Of a stretch of 64,000 bases of DNA, positions 23,628-35,872 are shown piece by piece. The stretch's first letter is position 1. Each line of letters opens with the position of its first letter. The stretch lies in contig JAANOX010000207.1 of NCBI GenBank assembly GCA_020184695.1, positions 1-64,000 of the forward strand. The letters run 5' to 3'. Made by a program: the position numbers and the translations under genes. The stretch comes from Histomonas meleagridis 2922-C6/04-290x (lineage: Eukaryota; Protista; Parabasalia). The notes beneath the pieces are model-generated. The model was not told the DNA's origin and searched no databases. It saw only the letters and a list, made by a program, of their open reading frames with translations.

Positions 23628-23734
23628 CATGAAATTGTATTTCCAAGTATAGGTATTTCCAATATAAATTCCAATATTTAAATTAATATTATTTAAATCC
23701 AATATACTTGGAAATACCTGAAATTGATTTCATG
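23628..23734. repeat. fold-back inverted repeat between convergent 3' ends
   Basis: gtatttccaagtata (23637-23651) is the perfect reverse complement of 23703-23717; outer arms catgaaat/atttcatg. Confidence 0.7.
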
Positions 23735-23955
23735 CAAATTTTTCAGGAAAGTACCTATTCAACCAAAAGATAAATTTATTTAGTCATTAAAGTTCACAAC
23801 AAATAAATTCAAGGCATTTGCTAAACACATCTTAACTCATGATTCATATGGGTACACACATATGAGATGTGGAGCTTGTTATAATCAAGTAATACTAAAG
23901 TTATTTAGGTTAAAGTTAAAGAAAGAAAATATTTTATTAATAAGTTCTATAATTT

Positions 23956-26358
23956 TTAACAATCCAAAGTCAAAATATCTCTTAATATCATCGATGAATT
24001 CATTTCTTCTCTCACTATACTAACCTTATACAAACCATTACACATTCCATTTTCACTTATTCCGCCATATATCCAAATCTCATTTTGATTGACATCAATA
24101 CCAAAATGTGATAACATTAATGGGAACTTTCCTTCGTATTGTACGAAACCCCATTGATTAATTTGGTTCATAATGAAAGGAACACTTGAACCTGTTCCTC
24201 CAATAACCCAAACGCAATCTTTATAATTAATAACTTTATGTCCATATCTTCCAAATGGATAAATCCCATAATATATTTCGGGCCTATATTCCCATTCATT
24301 ACTTAATGACAATGTATAAACTTTATTCGAAAGTTCATTTTCGGATGTAATTCCTCCGATTAATAAAACATAGCCATTATATGAGACAAGTGAATGATAT
24401 GAAAGAGTTGGGACAATAGAATTAATGCTTATTTCAGTCCACTTGGAGTTGCGGATGTCATAGGAGAACGTTTGGAAGATATCTTTGCCACCGCTCAGAA
24501 TAAGTTTGCCTTTGTGTAAAATCATCGATAGCCCGGGGCCCCCCGGCATGTTTGGAATGACGTTTAACATTTCCCATTCATTTTGGTCGATATTAAAATA
24601 CCAAAAATCATTTAAATCTTCTTCTAAACCTTTCCCGCCATATAAATATAGGTTTCCTTCATGTGAAACCATAACACTGTCATATCGTGGTGAAGGACCA
24701 AAATTAAAATGATATTCTTCCCAATGATTGGTATCAATTGAATATGAAAAAAAGTCATTTGATACTTCGTTACGTGAATTAATTCCACCAAATACCCATA
24801 TTTTGTCTTGATTTAAACATAGACAATGATGAATAATTTTATGAAATGCGGAATCTACAAGCTCCCATTTAAGGCCTATGGTATCCTTAGCAACTTGCGT
24901 TTCCCGATTAGTTACAGCTTCGGTTAATGCATGTAAAAATGTTGATGATATGTTTTCTGTTTCAAATTTTAGTTCATATTTGTCTTTAAAGGTATACAAG
25001 AAAAATGAAGTCGGACCAGATGATTCAAAACGAATTCTTGTGTAATTAAAGATTAATATATCTTTAGGATCACAAATGTTTTTTGGAAAAATATAAACAG
25101 CATCAGTAAAAAGAGCTACAATAGTATTAACATGTTCGAATTCAGCATCAAATCGATCAATAAATGCTTGATTATCTTTCATTGTAATAAATGACTTATA
25201 ATCAGCCATTTGTTTTTCAAACTTGTTCGCCGATTGCGCCAATATTTGTTCTGCATTTTGTTTATGCTTGAAATTACTGAGTTCTTCAAGAGCAGCAAAA
25301 AGTGGCGTCAGATCGGGGTGCCCCAAAGGAGTTGATTTAAGTAAACGTTCAATGAAAAGTTGATATCTTGGAATCCTTTGGACAGGTGAAATCAGGAAAG
25401 AGGGAACTGTTTTGTTTTTAAGAAGGCGCGACTTGATGAACTCTTTTAATATAGTTTCATTTTCTGGATTTGATGAAAACTTAACAAAAGATTCTGAAAT
25501 TAATGGATATAGATTTGAATATTGGTCAAATGTCAAAAAGATCTTACGAATACTTCGAATAAATATTTGCCCATGTTGAGATATAAATGGATTATGACAT
25601 TGCTCAAGTTCATGAATAAATTCATCTTGATATTGATCAATTGAAATAATAATTTCTCTAAATAACTTCAAGGCTTTGGGGTCAAGTATCTGATACATTT
25701 CAAAGAAGGGAATGATAGCAGTTCGTATGACTTTTATATCTTTCGAAAATGATAATTCAGATTTAAGAAATTCTGCAGATGCACCACATCTTTCGTTTAT
25801 CATCTTAATTTCTTTAGATGAAAAGTTTGCAACAATACATAGATGTTGTTGGATAATCTGACATATGAAATTTGATTGCGTATGATCTTTATTTGTATCT
25901 TGGTTTAAAGAAACAACAGAAAATGATTTGGAATTATCGCGGAAAATTCTTGCAATAGTTTCTTTCATTTCTTCATCTGTAAATGGAGGATAAAGTGAAA
26001 ACGGAAATTCCATAAAATATTGACCACTAGAGGAGTATACTGGAAGGGAAAAATCTGCCTTTATTTCTCGTTTCATAAATTCAATCCATACCTTTGGGTT
26101 GATGTAAGAATTTGAAGATTTAACAGGGTATCCAAATTGTGTTAGTTTTCGACCAACTATAGGGTCTTTCATTGCTGGTATTATAAAATTTGCTGATCGA
26201 ATGAAAAGGTCATAATCTTTTGAAACTTGAAATTTTACATAAATAGGTCCAAAATCTCCTGTTTCAAAAGCTTCCACAAGACTCACCAGGGAGACAAAAT
26301 CTGTTGTTTCATTAGGTAATACTATTTTTATCTTTAGAAACGACTTCCAGCACTCCAT
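23956..26358 (-). CDS. RhoGEF (DH-PH) protein with C-terminal Kelch repeats
   Basis: DH motif LISPVQRIPRYQLFIERLLKSTP..HPD, a PH-like segment, then repeated xxFGG/YGG...W Kelch blades. Confidence 0.85.
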   Translation of the reverse strand: MECWKSFLKIKIVLPNETTDFVSLVSLVEAFETGDFGPIYVKFQVSKDYDLFIRSANFIIPAMKDPIVGRKLTQFGYPVKSSNSYINPKVWIEFMKREIKADFSLPVYSSSGQYFMEFPFSLYPPFTDEEMKETIARIFRDNSKSFSVVSLNQDTNKDHTQSNFICQIIQQHLCIVANFSSKEIKMINERCGASAEFLKSELSFSKDIKVIRTAIIPFFEMYQILDPKALKLFREIIISIDQYQDEFIHELEQCHNPFISQHGQIFIRSIRKIFLTFDQYSNLYPLISESFVKFSSNPENETILKEFIKSRLLKNKTVPSFLISPVQRIPRYQLFIERLLKSTPLGHPDLTPLFAALEELSNFKHKQNAEQILAQSANKFEKQMADYKSFITMKDNQAFIDRFDAEFEHVNTIVALFTDAVYIFPKNICDPKDILIFNYTRIRFESSGPTSFFLYTFKDKYELKFETENISSTFLHALTEAVTNRETQVAKDTIGLKWELVDSAFHKIIHHCLCLNQDKIWVFGGINSRNEVSNDFFSYSIDTNHWEEYHFNFGPSPRYDSVMVSHEGNLYLYGGKGLEEDLNDFWYFNIDQNEWEMLNVIPNMPGGPGLSMILHKGKLILSGGKDIFQTFSYDIRNSKWTEISINSIVPTLSYHSLVSYNGYVLLIGGITSENELSNKVYTLSLSNEWEYRPEIYYGIYPFGRYGHKVINYKDCVWVIGGTGSSVPFIMNQINQWGFVQYEGKFPLMLSHFGIDVNQNEIWIYGGISENGMCNGLYKVSIVREEMNSSMILRDILTLDC

Positions 26359-26591
26359 TCAGTGTCTGAACAGTCTTTGGAAAGACGGTGCTTTGAAAAA
26401 GTTGCTATCGTTTTTTGCCGAACAAAAAATGACTAAAAATTTGGATAAAAAGTTTCAACTTCTAATTTTATCAAAGCATTTTATATAATAAATGTTAAAG
26501 TTTATTTTCCATGCCATCATAAAAAGATGTAAAATAAAATAAATACAGTTTATAAACACTTGTAAACATAGATTTACAAACAGATTTTTTT

Positions 26592-27188
26592 TCATAGTTC
26601 TTCATGCTTCTTCCTAAATATAATGTTTCCTAGTTTTTTATAAGCGCTTATGTATCCTTTTGGGTGACAAAATCCTGATGTATCACATACAGCAGTTGGA
26701 TTCTTATACTTTTGGATTCCATTTAAGAACGCTTCTTTGCGCCCCTCTTCCAATAAATAACAAAAATCTCCAAAAAGTCTGTTAGCTGATGTACAAAAAT
26801 TTGAAAGATATTTCATTCTGGCCTCTGATGGCATTGCCTTCAAATGTATGGACAAAAAACGACATTGAAAACAATTCGTTCCATTTCTTTTTTGAGAAAC
26901 TCTTGAAACACATGGACCGATTATCATACATGCATTTCTTGGAATTTTTGCTTGTCCGAATTTTTGAAAAATAGAAGCTTTTACATCTTCGATAAATCTA
27001 CAGTATTTGTTTTTACTAGCTTTATTAGCGCACTCTGAATCTTGATTTGGGATAATTGATGAATTATGATTATAAATATGTACAATTTTGTTACACAATG
27101 AGCACGCATCAAGTAGAGCTTGTTCTGTGGTAAAATTTTCCCAATAAATCCGAGAAAATGCAAAAAAAGTGAACAGATGTATCATCAT
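26592..27188 (-). CDS. saposin-like (SAPLIP) protein with two saposin B-type domains
   Basis: Signal peptide; CSLC...C...C...CMIIGPC and CFQC...FC...FC...PTAVCDTSGFC six-Cys patterns. Confidence 0.8.
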   Translation of the reverse strand: MMIHLFTFFAFSRIYWENFTTEQALLDACSLCNKIVHIYNHNSSIIPNQDSECANKASKNKYCRFIEDVKASIFQKFGQAKIPRNACMIIGPCVSRVSQKRNGTNCFQCRFLSIHLKAMPSEARMKYLSNFCTSANRLFGDFCYLLEEGRKEAFLNGIQKYKNPTAVCDTSGFCHPKGYISAYKKLGNIIFRKKHEEL

Positions 27189-27773
27189 GTGAAAATTAAA
27201 AAACGGTTTCTCCGTGACGGTTATGACTATTACAGGAATCTAAGTGTAACATCAACTCGTTTGTCTTGGTCAAGAAATAGAAACTTATTCGTAACTTCCT
27301 TGAAATTTTTTTTTAAATTAATGGTTTGCTTGTGTTTGTTTAGCTTAGTTAAAAATCAAAATCCAAATCAATTAATTTGTCCCTTGTTAATTGCATTTGT
27401 TAGCTTTAAAGCTTGTGTACACACTTTTGTTTATAGGTGTTATATTTGTATTATACTTGGGAATTACTTCGTGTTTTGCAGAAGACAAATTTTCAACGCA
27501 ATTTATGAATTTCAATTAATTCAATATTTAGACAGCATTTCAACTTTTTATTAATATTTATTTGAGAAATATCTCTTGTTTCTCTTTTGTTTTTCCAACA
27601 ATAAGAATTGCTTTGAATATGTGCTGTTGTTGACAGAATCTTCTTGTTTGAGTATAATTTTTTTCATTGAAGTTGTTATTGGAGAACCACTTTTTGAATT
27701 ACCCTCAAATAAAACGATCGATTTATACTCAAATATTTGTGAGAAACGATAAGAAGGGGTTATATAAAAATAA

Positions 27774-28358
27774 ATGCTAATATCAAAAAACAATTCTTTT
27801 CATTGTCGTGTAGTTTTAATTGGTGATGCATCTGTTGGCAAAACATGCCTTTTAGGACAACTTATTGATAACAAATTCAATCCATCTGAACAAAGTACAA
27901 TTGGTGCAAATTATCAAATCTACAATGAAGAAATTGATGGAATTAAAGCCGAAGTTCAAATATGGGATACAGCTGGCCAAGAAAAGTTTAGATCTCTAGG
28001 ACCAATTTATTTTAGGAACGCACTTGGCGCTGTTGCTGTATTTGACATTACAAATAAAAGCACATTTGATCACTTAGACGAATGGATTAAGTCATTTACT
28101 GATGCTTCTGGAACCGAGTCCACAATTTTTGTTGTGGCCAATAAATCTGATATGGTTCAAGAACAAAAAATTTCATTTTCACAAGTACAAGCATACGCAG
28201 AACAAAGAGGTTACAGAGCGTTTGAAACGTCTGCCAAAACAGGTCAAGGGGTTCAAGAATTATTTTCCGAATTAGCCAAAACAATTTTAAATAAGCACCG
28301 TGAAGTAAAAGTTACAAAACAAGAGTTAAAACCATCTGAAGGAGGGTGCAAGTGCTAG
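27774..28358 (+). CDS. Rab GTPase (Rab5/21-like lineage-specific type)
   Basis: GDASVGKT, STIGANY, WDTAGQEKFRSLGPIYFRNA, ANKSD, ETSAKTG, C-terminal CKC. Confidence 0.92.
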   Translation: MLISKNNSFHCRVVLIGDASVGKTCLLGQLIDNKFNPSEQSTIGANYQIYNEEIDGIKAEVQIWDTAGQEKFRSLGPIYFRNALGAVAVFDITNKSTFDHLDEWIKSFTDASGTESTIFVVANKSDMVQEQKISFSQVQAYAEQRGYRAFETSAKTGQGVQELFSELAKTILNKHREVKVTKQELKPSEGGCKC

Positions 28359-28761
28359 AGAAACGCGCATGATTAATAAATATATTTATTTATTTTTTAC
28401 ATCAATTCTGTGATATACGATAGAAACGATGCTGAAAAATTCTGTGGGAGCGGATCAAAATCATATGAAAAAGTTGTTTTAACCATCACAACGATTTGGA
28501 AACGTTTCCAACAACTTCAGGGATAAGTTGTAGTGCGAAACATTAAAATTTAATGTTCGAATGTTACCGTTTTAAAATATGAATGATGCAATGAAATTTA
28601 TTGCTTGCCAAAATTACATTAAATAAAATAAAAATAATATTTCTCTACATTTAATTTCACAGTGTTTGCCTAGGCATTATTATTACAAATTGTATTATTT
28701 AGTCTATTACATTTTTAATCCAATAAAAATATTTCTCATATTTCTTCATGACGATTGACAC

Positions 28762-29290
28762 CATATTATTCATATGTCCATTAAATCACAAATATTTCTC
28801 AATTACAAAAGCAAAAGCGTTTCCGCATGTTTCACAACAAGTGTAACATATTATTCATATGTATTAAATCACAAATATTTCTCAATTACAAAAACAAAAG
28901 CGTTTTCTCAAATTACTTAACAACAAGTGTAACATATTATTCATATGTATTAAATCACAAATATTTCTCAATTACAAAAACAAAAGCGTTTTCTCAAATT
29001 ACTTAACAACAAGTGTAACATATTATTCATATGTATTAAATCACAAATATTTCTCAATTACAAAAGCAAAAGCGTTTTCTCAAATTACTTCACAACAAAT
29101 GTAACATATTATTCATATGTATTAAATCACAAATATTTCTCAATTACAAAAACAAAAGCGTTTCCGCATATTTCATAACAAATGTAACATATTATTCATA
29201 TGTATTAAATCACAAATATTTCTCAATTACAAAAGCAAAAGCGTTTCCTCATTTTTCACAACAAGTGTAACATATTCTTCATATGTCCAT
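28762..29290. repeat. 83-86-bp minisatellite, ~6 copies
   Basis: Unit aattacaaaa(g/a)caaaagcgttt...gtgtaacatattattcatatgtattaaatcacaaatatttctc recurs from 28801, 28884, 28970, 29056 etc., with a short variable patch. Confidence 0.9.
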
Positions 29291-29326
29291 TACTAATTTC
29301 AAATCGTTTTCTCATTTACATACTGT

Positions 29327-31876
29327 TTATTCATCAAACGTCAGTTCCCACTCTGAAGCCACCTTTAGCCGCAGCCCCTCCACGGTCAGCACGCCATTTT
29401 CGTATGTCGCCTCTGCGCCGTTTACGTTTGCGCTGTTTCTCATTCCATAAATCCTTAGTGCGGTGATTAAAGTCTCGCTGTACATCTCTGGCGCTATGTA
29501 TTCCGCATCGATTTTTTGTGACTTTAGTTTTCCATTATCGAAAGTAAATTTACAGTAAATACATTTCTTATTAATGTAATCAAATGTTTTCCCATCGTCT
29601 AAGAACATCTCTCCTTCTGCTTTTAAGTTCTCGTCCAATGCTATGATTAACATCAAAGGCTTCGTCATTGTCAATAGTGCTGACTTTCCAATTTCTTTAT
29701 AAACTGGTATAATTCTTCCACCTCGAAGATAAATTGGAATATCTAACATTCCAACATTTATATTATTATTATTTTCATTTAAAACTATACCATTCCATAT
29801 CGAATACCATACGCCTGGTGGCTTGGTGACCGTTAAGGTCTTTGCTTCTTTGCTGATAACGGGCGCCACTAAAATTGAATCGCCAACGATCACTTGGTTC
29901 CTTAACGTGTGCATTTGGTCCACCTCAGGGAAAATTGCCCATAACGGCTTGATTAGGGGTGCCCCTGTGATGTGAGTTTTGTATGATTCAGTGTAAAAAT
30001 ATGACAACATTCTGTAACGATCAATAACCGCATTTTTCATAGCGTCAAAAATTTCGCCGTTAAACAAATATGGCTCTCGATAAGAAGCATTAGTAACGCA
30101 ATGCTCTCTAAAGAATGTGTAACACCATGAACCTACTTGATACCAACGGGCAATCAAGTCACCAGGTGAAGAGTTAAAGAATCCTCCAACATCAGCACCT
30201 ACAAATGGCATTCCACAAAGACCACATGACATAATCATATCAAGTGATATAGACAAATGTTCCCAGCTACCAGTGTTATCGCCAGTCCATATGAATGCAT
30301 ATTTTTGACTTCCAGCATAAAAACTTCGGGTGAGTATGAATGGTCGATATCTGATATTTTCATCTCTTTCTAATAACCCTTTGTAAGTGGCAGCTGTGTT
30401 CAATAGGCCATAAATATTATGGGTATCACGAGTTTCAGTTCCATTGTAATGAATAAGTTTTTTCGGAAATGTCCCTTGATCAGATGCGAATATCGATGGC
30501 TCGTTCATGTCATTCCATATAAAGACATTTGGTGATTGATTATCTTCAGAATAATGATATTGTTGTGAATACCAATCTCGACATAACGGATTCAGAAAGT
30601 CCGGCCATGAACATTTGCCAGGCCAACAAGCACCTGTATATGGCGTACCACTTGGTTCTTTGATAAGGAAGTTTTGTTGTAATGCTTCAGTATATTGCTT
30701 ATGATTTCCTTTGACAGGGAAATGTGGATCACATAAACGAATTAGATACCTTTCGTCTTGTTTGAGTTTGTCTATTGTTTCTTCTATGTGTGGGAAAGTT
30801 TTCCGATTTACTTGAAATGGAGCTTTACCTTCAAGATGATCAACGTCAAGCCAGATAGCATCATAAGGAATCCCTACGCGATCAAGTTCGGACATAACCT
30901 TTTCCACTTCGGCTTGTGACTTATATCCCCATTTACATTGATGATAACCAAGCGAAAAAATCGGAGGCATTAACGGTCGCCCAGTGATGCGAGTGAATTT
31001 CCTCATTATGTCAGAAAATGAGCCTGAAAAGAGAAGAAAATCAAGAAATCCGGTTTCGCTAATAAGGTGAAGATTACGGCCTATTTCTGTTGTCTTTATG
31101 GAGGCATAAGTATCGGATGAATTCATCCAAAAGAGTCCAGTAGTATGTTGTGTGTTATGACTCATTACAAATGGAACAGAGCCATAAATGTGTATGGGAT
31201 TATCATATTTATATTTGAAGGCATCAGTGTTGAAAAGACGAATTGGATCAACTGTATCAGAAAGATTAAGTGGTGATGCACGCTCACAAAGACCAGAAAG
31301 ATGAACGGATTCACCAAGAAATGTGAAATCAGTGGCAACAGCTGAAGCTCCATGTGGAATTGGATCACGATAAATCAACAAATGGTTTTCTTGTGGTACT
31401 GGTGAATTGCCATATTCATAAACAAGATGCTTCTCGGCGTTTACTATGATTATTTTTTCATTGTTTCTTGAAAATGTTATTGTTAATGGTTGGGATGTAA
31501 TTGAAATTTGCTCATTATCAGCAAATTGGAGTGTAATTTCACCTCCATCTTTTGCATATGTCATGGGGGAATGAGTGTTAATTGCATTTTGGTCAATTAC
31601 AAGTTCTTCCTTTGATAAATCAAAACGTTTGTAATTCTCAATGCTTGGATCATTTTCAACTCTTATACGAATTCCACTTCCTTCTGCTTGATAAACGATA
31701 AGTGATAGTGGTGTTTCAGTATTGCCCTTGAGGAGATTAACCGAGAATGTGTTATTTTGAGTGGAAATATTTTCTCCGAGAGACCAATTATTTACCGCAT
31801 TGAGGTTATCGCGAGAAAACCTTTGTTTACTAACATTTCTGTAAGTAAAATGCTCTTTTACTGGGAATCCTTTCAT
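29327..31876 (-). CDS. glycoside hydrolase family 31 alpha-glucosidase (glucosidase II alpha / neutral alpha-glucosidase-like)
   Basis: LGYHQCKWGY, IWLDVDH, nucleophile motif WNDMNEPS, acid/base motif WTGDN, GADVGGFF. Confidence 0.93.
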   Translation of the reverse strand: MKGFPVKEHFTYRNVSKQRFSRDNLNAVNNWSLGENISTQNNTFSVNLLKGNTETPLSLIVYQAEGSGIRIRVENDPSIENYKRFDLSKEELVIDQNAINTHSPMTYAKDGGEITLQFADNEQISITSQPLTITFSRNNEKIIIVNAEKHLVYEYGNSPVPQENHLLIYRDPIPHGASAVATDFTFLGESVHLSGLCERASPLNLSDTVDPIRLFNTDAFKYKYDNPIHIYGSVPFVMSHNTQHTTGLFWMNSSDTYASIKTTEIGRNLHLISETGFLDFLLFSGSFSDIMRKFTRITGRPLMPPIFSLGYHQCKWGYKSQAEVEKVMSELDRVGIPYDAIWLDVDHLEGKAPFQVNRKTFPHIEETIDKLKQDERYLIRLCDPHFPVKGNHKQYTEALQQNFLIKEPSGTPYTGACWPGKCSWPDFLNPLCRDWYSQQYHYSEDNQSPNVFIWNDMNEPSIFASDQGTFPKKLIHYNGTETRDTHNIYGLLNTAATYKGLLERDENIRYRPFILTRSFYAGSQKYAFIWTGDNTGSWEHLSISLDMIMSCGLCGMPFVGADVGGFFNSSPGDLIARWYQVGSWCYTFFREHCVTNASYREPYLFNGEIFDAMKNAVIDRYRMLSYFYTESYKTHITGAPLIKPLWAIFPEVDQMHTLRNQVIVGDSILVAPVISKEAKTLTVTKPPGVWYSIWNGIVLNENNNNINVGMLDIPIYLRGGRIIPVYKEIGKSALLTMTKPLMLIIALDENLKAEGEMFLDDGKTFDYINKKCIYCKFTFDNGKLKSQKIDAEYIAPEMYSETLITALRIYGMRNSANVNGAEATYENGVLTVEGLRLKVASEWELTFDE

Positions 31877-32170
31877 TGGTTATGATAACGATTATAAACC
31901 GTCGCGTTTTAATTATCGTGAAAATAAACGGCTGCTACACCGGGGTACCCCGAAAAACAAAACATTCAAAAATGTATTTCTGCAAATAAAACAAATTTAC
32001 ATTTTTCATCATTAATTGAATACATGTATTGAAAAAAAAAGTCTCAGTAATCATCATGCACACAAAATTATAACATGTAGAAAACTACGTATTTTTTGTA
32101 TGTAATACTTTATCTCAAGTTTAGAATAAATTAATTACATATTTGGCACAGCTGTTTGTTTTTTGTTTGG

Positions 32171-32281
32171 CGGGTGCGCTAAAGGAACCGCCCGCAATTG
32201 AAAGGAATTGAACATATCGGATTTTCCCGATAGGTTTTGTTCGATTTTTAATCGGCAAAGGGTAATTCCTCGTTGTAAAAA
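32171..32281. repeat. left copy of 111-bp structured direct repeat
   Basis: cgggtgcgctaaaggaacc...cctcgttgtaaaaa. Confidence 0.92.
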
Positions 32282-32398
32282 AACGATGAGAAATTTCAAT
32301 GAAAATAATTCAATTAAAAATGCTTAACATCTATGACAATGATTTTTGTGTGGATATGGTATGTGTCATCATGGTGATTTTCAATAGTATGTGTCAAA

Positions 32399-33358
32399 AT
32401 GTTATCAAATGATGTCAGAATAAATGAATTACACTCAAAAAGTATTAGAACAAACGAATCACATTCAAAAAGTGTCAGAATAAATGAAACACATTCAAAA
32501 AATATAGGAATAAATGGATTTAAATTTCCAAGCAATAAGCAGTTTAATAAGCCAAGGATTTCATCCTCTATATATTACTCCAATTATAGTGCATCTTTTT
32601 CTTGCACAGAGATCGTTACTTGCAAAAAATGCCATAAATATATGAAATTTAACATACAAAATATGAATTTTAGATGTACAAATCGATTATGTTCTACAAC
32701 AATTCATGCTTATTCTCCTCTCCCTTTTGAATCAGTTAAAGCTGATATCAATAAAATTTTATTTATATTCGCTTGCTTTTGTGCCGATTTTTCGATTCAC
32801 ACTACCCACGAGGTTGTCGGAATGTCAATGCCAACAATTATTCATTGGTTTGACATCTTCCGACAAGAAATGATAAGAAAAAATTTAAATGAAATGACAA
32901 GCAATCCTATAAAAGATTATGTGCAGATCGAAGAAAGCATTTTTACAAAACGTAAAAACCATGTGGGAAGAATTGTCCCACAACAATGGGTATTTGGAGG
33001 TTGCGATGGGAACAAAGGAGGAAGAGTTTATTTTTTTCCTGTTCCAAACAGGAAGAAAGAAACTCTCCAACTTATTATTAAATTAATGATTGCTCCTTCA
33101 TCACTTATTGTAAGTGATGAATTGAAATCATATTCTTATTTAAATAAAGATTCTTATTCTCATTTAACAGTAAATCATTCTCAGAACTTTGTGGATCCTC
33201 AAACTTTAGCACATACACAACGAATCGAATCTTTATGGGCTGCGGCAAAACTTTGGCGAAGAAAAAAAGGTTACTTTTCAGATTAAAATAAATTATCTGA
33301 TTACCTTCACGAATTTTGTTTTAGGGTCAATCATGAAAGAGATTTCGGATATATTTAA
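32399..33358 (+). pseudogene. ISXO2-like DDE transposase, probably inactive
   Basis: CKKC...CTNRLC zinc ribbon, VQIEESIF (canonical IDES), QWVFGG, VPNRKKETL, IVSDELKSY, HLTVNHSQNFVDP, HTQRIESLW. A premature TAA at 33284-33286 precedes the in-frame LSDYLHEFCFR tail. Confidence 0.85.
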
Positions 33359-33411
33359 AAAAATCTTTTCAGATAAAATTAAACATTAATTAGAAATTAT
33401 TTTTTTTTATT

Positions 33412-34204
<793 letters not shown>

Positions 34205-34321
34205 AAGAAGGATGTAACAATAGGTTTACTTAAAATTCTGAATTTTTGAAAAAAGAATATCATAATGAAGAAATCTCTCATTTGATTGATATAATTTGAT
34301 ATTCGATTTGATAAAAATTAT

Positions 34322-34432
34322 CGGGTGCGCTAAAGGAACCGCCCGCAATTGAAAGGAATTGAACATATCGGATCTTCCCGATAGGTTTTGTTCGATTTTT
34401 AATCGGCAAAGGGTAATTCCTCGTTGTAAAAA
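34322..34432. repeat. right copy of 111-bp structured direct repeat
   Basis: Identical to 32171-32281 except gatctt vs gatttt. Confidence 0.92.
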
Positions 34433-34495
34433 TTGAATTCACTTCACAATTTTCTTAAGTAAACGCGGTTTTAGTCATTTTTGTATACAATTATG

Positions 34496-35872
34496 TCACT
34501 TTCCCCCGAATTTGAAATGATATTCGTTTTCATCAATGTTTCCAATAAACGTTACTAATGCCTCGAAATGAGTCATTGAAAACTTTTTCTTTGTGTCATA
34601 TTCCTTTACGAACTGAGCAAATGAGCATGAATATTTCATTGTTTCCAAAATCTCATTTACACCAAAAGCGAATACAGCCACTAAAAAATATTCAAACAAT
34701 GTATCAAATCCCATTTCTACGTCTTCAGGTTTTTCGCCATTATCTATTGCTAATTTAACTCCTATTTCAGTAAATATTAATGACATATCCCAAAACTTAT
34801 CAGCAATTATAAATGGATCACATTCAACAATTAACGAAAACAGTCCTTCGCTTACCTCTTTAAATGGCCAATATTTTGAATTCAGTTCGTTAAATGGCGT
34901 ATTTAAAACATCTTCCGGAAAATATTTCGGCGAAAATATTTTCGGAGTCAAATCGAAAATGTTCGGGAATTTGATGACTTCAACGTCTGCAAATGGGTAC
35001 AAAAGTTTTTCAGTTGCAATATCAAATAGATATTCACGCGCTTCGGCGTAATGTGTGGTGTCTTCAACAATAGCATCAAGAATAGTCTCAACGTCTTCAT
35101 AATAAAGTTGTTCTACAACAGATATATATTTTCGTATGATTCGACCAGACTTATTTTTAATGGAAACGAAGTTAGAAAACCAGTCGCTAGGTGATGGCTG
35201 TTTGCGTTCCATCAGTTGGACTTGGCTACGAAGAATTTTGAGGTGAATATTAATCTTATCAATTTTTGAAGGCTTCTTTCGAATGTTATGGCTGATAAAA
35301 AGATCGAGATCGATATTGGGAATGGAGTCTAGTGTGTAAAGATAGTCATGGAACGTAACAATTTCACGAATGTTGTATTGAAGAAATCGGACATTACAAT
35401 GATAAAGTTTGAGAAGTAAACTATGATAAAAGAAAATGTATAACATGTTTTTCTTGTTGAAAATTTTCTCATAATAATCCATGCTTTGAAATTTATCTGA
35501 TATTTGGGAAAGATAGATCATTTTTTCAGACGATTTAAGAAGATAACTATCAAGTTCTTTCATAAATTTTGTCGAAATGAATTCAAGAGTTTTTAATATT
35601 TGGCGTTCAGAGTCAACTCCGTCTAAAAAATATTTACTATACGAAATTGCAGATGAATCAAATAAAGGGCTGTCTTCAGCTTTGACAGTAGGTTTCGGAA
35701 TAACTAAAGCGGCGCTTCTTCGATGTTTTTTACGTGATCGCTTTTCTAAATTTAGATTTGTGACTTGAGCGAATTCATCATTTTTGTTTAACTTTGGGCT
35801 GCAATCTTTTTGCATATTGAGTTTTTCTATTGATTTAGAATGACTCATTTCATGTCCCTTTTGTTGATTCAT
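34496..35872 (-). CDS. hypothetical protein, possible C-terminal VPS9-like helical domain
   Basis: 458-aa ORF; the C-terminal CDPFIIADKFW...MGFDTLFEYFLVAVF loosely resembles VPS9. The domain call is weak. Confidence 0.55.
   Translation of the reverse strand: MNQQKGHEMSHSKSIEKLNMQKDCSPKLNKNDEFAQVTNLNLEKRSRKKHRRSAALVIPKPTVKAEDSPLFDSSAISYSKYFLDGVDSERQILKTLEFISTKFMKELDSYLLKSSEKMIYLSQISDKFQSMDYYEKIFNKKNMLYIFFYHSLLLKLYHCNVRFLQYNIREIVTFHDYLYTLDSIPNIDLDLFISHNIRKKPSKIDKINIHLKILRSQVQLMERKQPSPSDWFSNFVSIKNKSGRIIRKYISVVEQLYYEDVETILDAIVEDTTHYAEAREYLFDIATEKLLYPFADVEVIKFPNIFDLTPKIFSPKYFPEDVLNTPFNELNSKYWPFKEVSEGLFSLIVECDPFIIADKFWDMSLIFTEIGVKLAIDNGEKPEDVEMGFDTLFEYFLVAVFAFGVNEILETMKYSCSFAQFVKEYDTKKKFSMTHFEALVTFIGNIDENEYHFKFGGK

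Noticed and set aside
28762-29290. CRISPR-like appearance of the 83-86-bp array
   Set aside because: The variable part is only a ~15-nt patch with related, recurring variants rather than unique spacers. There are no cas genes and the context is eukaryotic.
33284-33286. Stop-codon reassignment as an explanation for in-frame stops
   Set aside because: All long intact genes in the window use the standard code and end at TAA/TGA/TAG with no internal stops, and reassignment would not fix the frameshifting spacers.
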